64,000 bases of DNA from an uncultured Hyphomicrobiales bacterium (lineage in GTDB: Bacteria > Bacteroidota > Ignavibacteria > Kapaibacteriales > UBA2268): the NCBI GenBank assembly GCA_964454445.1, contig CAYVTD010000001.1:62121-126120 (forward strand). The letters run 5' to 3'. Of the stretch, positions 60,947 through 64,000 are shown piece by piece. The stretch's first letter is position 1. Each line of letters opens with the position of its first letter. The notes beneath the pieces are model-generated. The model worked only from the letters and a program-made list of their open reading frames with translations. It searched no databases and had not been told where the DNA came from. A program made the translations under genes and the position numbers.

Positions 60947-63900
60947 AAATCTCTTCACATAAGATTTTTTGCCAGTTCTAACTACAAGATAATAAACTCC
61001 TTTGCTGAGCGATGAAGTGCTTATTTCGAAAAATGAGCCAAGTGTATTAGCGTTATAATCTTTGTTGAAACAGACTTTGCCAAGGACATCAGTAATCTCA
61101 GCGCTGATGGCATTGTTTAATATTTCATTATCTTTAAAAGACACCATTAATTTGTCTGTAACGGGATTTGGCTTCAGGATAAGCTCAGTTCCGAAATCTT
61201 GTTCATCAGCAGAAGAAATCACTTTAAACGGGTCTGATATTGCCCAGCAACCGGCAGCGTTGAAAACACGGACAGTGTATAACCCGAGTTTATCAATAAC
61301 ATATTCCTGTTCAGTAGCATTTTCGATTAATTCGCCTTCGAAATACCATTGATAGGCAGATGCTTCCGAAGCAAGCAATTTAGGACCAACTTGCCATATT
61401 GTCGGTTTTTCGGGTGGAGCGATGAACTCTACATTAAAAGGATCACTAATGTTTTCGCATCCATCACCTGTTTTGCCCCAGACACTATAAGTGCCAGGCT
61501 CTTTTACCCAAATAATCCGCGACGATTCGCCATTGCTCCATTTCAATTCTTTGTAGCCAAATCCGACCATGATGCGAATACTATCGCCGAGACAAACAGG
61601 ATATTTTCCAATCGGTTGGATGATTAGATCGGGGACATCGAACACTTTTACCTGAACAGGTTGCGATTTGGCAACACAGCCATTTTCGTCGGTAATTGTC
61701 AGTTGATAAGTGCCAGATTTTTTGACTACAATAAAGTTTGTAATATCACCTGTCGACCATTCATATTTCACATTATCTTGGGCTTGAGGAGCAGTGATAA
61801 TCAACGAATCGCCCAAGCAAAACTCGGTTTCTCCCGTTAAGGTTAGATGCGGCTCAGGAATATTACAGTTTACAATTTTTGTTTCCCAAAGCCCCCTGCC
61901 GTAGGTTGCAGCTCGCAATTTTCCGCTTGGATAGTAAATTTCCAATTCCCTGACTATGATATTTGGCAATCCATCGTTGAAATCAGTCCAGGTTTTAATA
62001 TTATCGTCCCGGAAAAACACTCCTATATCAGTACCAATAAATATTCTATTTGGACTGTTCCTTTGTGAAATAATGCAATTAACAGGTACATTAGGCAAGT
62101 TTTCAGTAATATTTTTCCATTCTCCATTTACGTACTCATATACTTTCTTAGCAGGATCATAACCCGAAAGCGAGACCCATATATGCAATGGGTCGCTGTC
62201 GTCCACAGAAATGTAAGTTATTGTCGTTCCTGTGGTTAAGATTTTATCCCATTGATTGCCTCCGTTTGTTGTTCGCCATAGATTATAGTTATTCGCCGCA
62301 TAAATCACATCATGATTTGTTTTTGAGATTGCTAGTGAAAGCAAAGCCGAATTAGCTCCGAAATTTGAAATTCGCTCCTTGTTTTCTTTGCTTCCTGTAA
62401 CTTTCCAAACGTTTCTGTAGCCAATATAAATAGTGTTGGGATTAACTGGGTCGATGATATATGGGGTAACCCAGGCACCGGATTCGCCGGCATCTGCACT
62501 GCCGAAAAAGCTGTTGAAATCAGAACCTTTATTGCGTGATTTCATTATTTCGCCATTATAATACGAACCATAAACAATGTTTTTATTAGTATAATCAATA
62601 ATACACTCCATACCATCACCACCCATTACATGGCTCCAACCACTATTATCCTGAAGATTGGTACCATTATCCTGACTGCCTCCTATCACCATTTTCTCAT
62701 CAGTTTCCGAGCAAGAAATGCGATAAAATTGCATAATCCCAAGCCCTTCGGAAATGTCAACCCATTTGCTGCCTTGGTTTGTCGAATAATATATGCCTCC
62801 GTCGTTTGCGGAAAAGAGAATACCATTTAAAGGATTATAAACTAGATGGTGCTGGTCTGCGTGGATAAAATCAGCTCCAAAGGAACCTGTCCAATGACCA
62901 GACAGATCCCATCCAGACCCTGTACTTGTCGATTTCCAGAGGTTAATGCCTCCAGCAAAAACCAAATCTTTGTCGTAAGGATCAACTGCAAGCGCCAAGT
63001 CGTAATTACCCTGTCCGCCAACGTCAGTGCCATTTCCATCGCGTCCTAATATATTTGGTGAAGCGGTTAATTGCTCCCAATTTTCACCTTGATCTTCTGA
63101 AATGAACATTCCGCCAAAACCATTAGTGGAAGCCTGAGAGGCTAAAGCATATACATTATTTGGAGCGTTGGGGGTTACACTCAAAACCACTCTATTTACA
63201 TTTGAAAAGCTATATACCGGTTTCCACGAATCGCCCATATCTTGACTTTTATAGATAGCTACACTGCCGCCAGGCGAATATGTCGAAAGATAGATTACAT
63301 TAGGATTACCGGGCATCATTTCCATATTTCTTGCAAAAAATCCCGTACTTGTGGCATTCCACATTTCACCCCCATCAGTCGATTTTAAAACGCCACTGTT
63401 GGTAGCAGCTATTATAATGTTTGGATTGTCCGGATGGACAAGAATCTTACTAACTAGATATTGTTGTGAAAGATTTTTGTTCAGTGATGTAACTTTCCAA
63501 GTTTCACCATCATCAGTAGTTTTAATTATTCCAATACTATAACTGCCCGATCCATAGTAATAATTGACGTCGCCTGTTGCTGCATAGACAATATTTGGAT
63601 TTTTTTTAGATACAGCTATGTCGGAAATGCCAATAGACATAAATTGGGTGAAAGGATAGGTCCTCCACGTTCTCCCGAAATTTGTTGTTTTCCAAACTCC
63701 TCCGGTAGAGGCACCTATCCAAAAAGTATTCGGATCGCTAGGATGAAAGCATATACAACTAACCCTGCCGGCGCCCGAAGATTTATAATAAAGAGTATTT
63801 TTTGGCAACCCCTTCGGTCCTAACTCTACCCACTCGGCTATCATCATCGGTTTATCAGTGTTTTGGGCTTTTTCCTTAAATTTCTCATATTCCTGATAAA

Positions 63901-64000
63901 CTGCCATCGCATTTGGAAAAGCATCATTTTGCCCAAGTCGTTCCTCCCAAAAATATTCATAACGCTTGAACTGGTTGTAGCCGTTTCCTTTTGTAACTTT
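60935..64000 (-). CDS. T9SS-secreted BNR/sortilin-like beta-propeller protein with Ig-like repeats; 5' end beyond the window
   Basis: Many Asp-box motifs (TDDGETWKV, STDGGEMWN, SQDMGDSWKP, SEDQGENWEQ, TNQGSKWVD, TNGGNQWDK). Three ~65-aa Cys-containing Ig-like repeats. C-terminal KPNPV...GVYYLVVRT T9SS sorting domain. The reading frame stays open upstream of the Met at 63907 to the window edge. Confidence 0.65.
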   Translation of the reverse strand, partial: KVTKGNGYNQFKRYEYFWEERLGQNDAFPNAMAVYQEYEKFKEKAQNTDKPMMIAEWVELGPKGLPKNTLYYKSSGAGRVSCICFHPSDPNTFWIGASTGGVWKTTNFGRTWRTYPFTQFMSIGISDIAVSKKNPNIVYAATGDVNYYYGSGSYSIGIIKTTDDGETWKVTSLNKNLSQQYLVSKILVHPDNPNIIIAATNSGVLKSTDGGEMWNATSTGFFARNMEMMPGNPNVIYLSTYSPGGSVAIYKSQDMGDSWKPVYSFSNVNRVVLSVTPNAPNNVYALASQASTNGFGGMFISEDQGENWEQLTASPNILGRDGNGTDVGGQGNYDLALAVDPYDKDLVFAGGINLWKSTSTGSGWDLSGHWTGSFGADFIHADQHHLVYNPLNGILFSANDGGIYYSTNQGSKWVDISEGLGIMQFYRISCSETDEKMVIGGSQDNGTNLQDNSGWSHVMGGDGMECIIDYTNKNIVYGSYYNGEIMKSRNKGSDFNSFFGSADAGESGAWVTPYIIDPVNPNTIYIGYRNVWKVTGSKENKERISNFGANSALLSLAISKTNHDVIYAANNYNLWRTTNGGNQWDKILTTGTTITYISVDDSDPLHIWVSLSGYDPAKKVYEYVNGEWKNITENLPNVPVNCIISQRNSPNRIFIGTDIGVFFRDDNIKTWTDFNDGLPNIIVRELEIYYPSGKLRAATYGRGLWETKIVNCNIPEPHLTLTGETEFCLGDSLIITAPQAQDNVKYEWSTGDITNFIVVKKSGTYQLTITDENGCVAKSQPVQVKVFDVPDLIIQPIGKYPVCLGDSIRIMVGFGYKELKWSNGESSRIIWVKEPGTYSVWGKTGDGCENISDPFNVEFIAPPEKPTIWQVGPKLLASEASAYQWYFEGELIENATEQEYVIDKLGLYTVRVFNAAGCWAISDPFKVISSADEQDFGTELILKPNPVTDKLMVSFKDNEILNNAISAEITDVLGKVCFNKDYNANTLGSFFEISTSSLSKGVYYLVVRTGKKSYVKRFLKN

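Noticed and set aside
1-64000. Searched for CRISPR arrays, tRNA/rRNA genes, IS elements, integrases and toxin-antitoxin pairs
   Set aside because: No regularly spaced direct repeats, no tRNA-like cloverleaf segments in intergenic regions, and no transposase or integrase motifs (DDE, R-H-R-Y) recognised in any ORF.

Overview
This 64 kb window is low-GC chromosomal DNA. It resembles an FCB-group bacterium (Bacteroidota/Ignavibacteriota-like). Three proteins carry the C-terminal sorting domain of the type IX (Por) secretion system (T9SS), and there are BNR/PD40/OmpA surface proteins, a TPR-CHAT pair and a tricorn protease. Most ORFs are ordinary housekeeping or envelope genes; all calls below rest on conserved-motif reading only.

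I found no CRISPR array, tRNA, rRNA, transposase or integrase. The non-routine observations are:
- **Cys-rich secreted ORF pair (58074-58690).** One extra T in a 5-T run would fuse the two ORFs into a single ~205-aa signal-peptide protein with 18 cysteines. A nearly perfect 54-bp tandem duplication sits just upstream. The whole 57.6-61 kb segment is markedly more AT-rich than the rest (roughly 25% GC against 40-48% in sampled lines), which suggests foreign origin.
- **Methyltransferase remnant (23920-24219).** A truncated beta-class N6/N4 DNA methyltransferase whose catalytic DPPY motif has degenerated to DTSF.
- **Chemoreceptor tip insertion (30526-32823).** This MCP carries a ~19-aa Ser/Thr-rich insertion exactly at the normally invariant signalling hairpin tip.
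- **TPR-CHAT protease (5448-8519).** A secreted caspase-like protease is co-oriented with a TPR membrane protein, GDP-mannose and O-antigen-ligase-like genes, and an orphan ABC-3 metal permease.
- **Dispersed prkA and spoVR.** The two genes lie ~30 kb apart, and no DUF444 (yhbH) gene is visible in the window.
- **GT2-DUF58-lnt cluster.** The arrangement echoes the actinobacterial Lnt-Ppm1 linkage.
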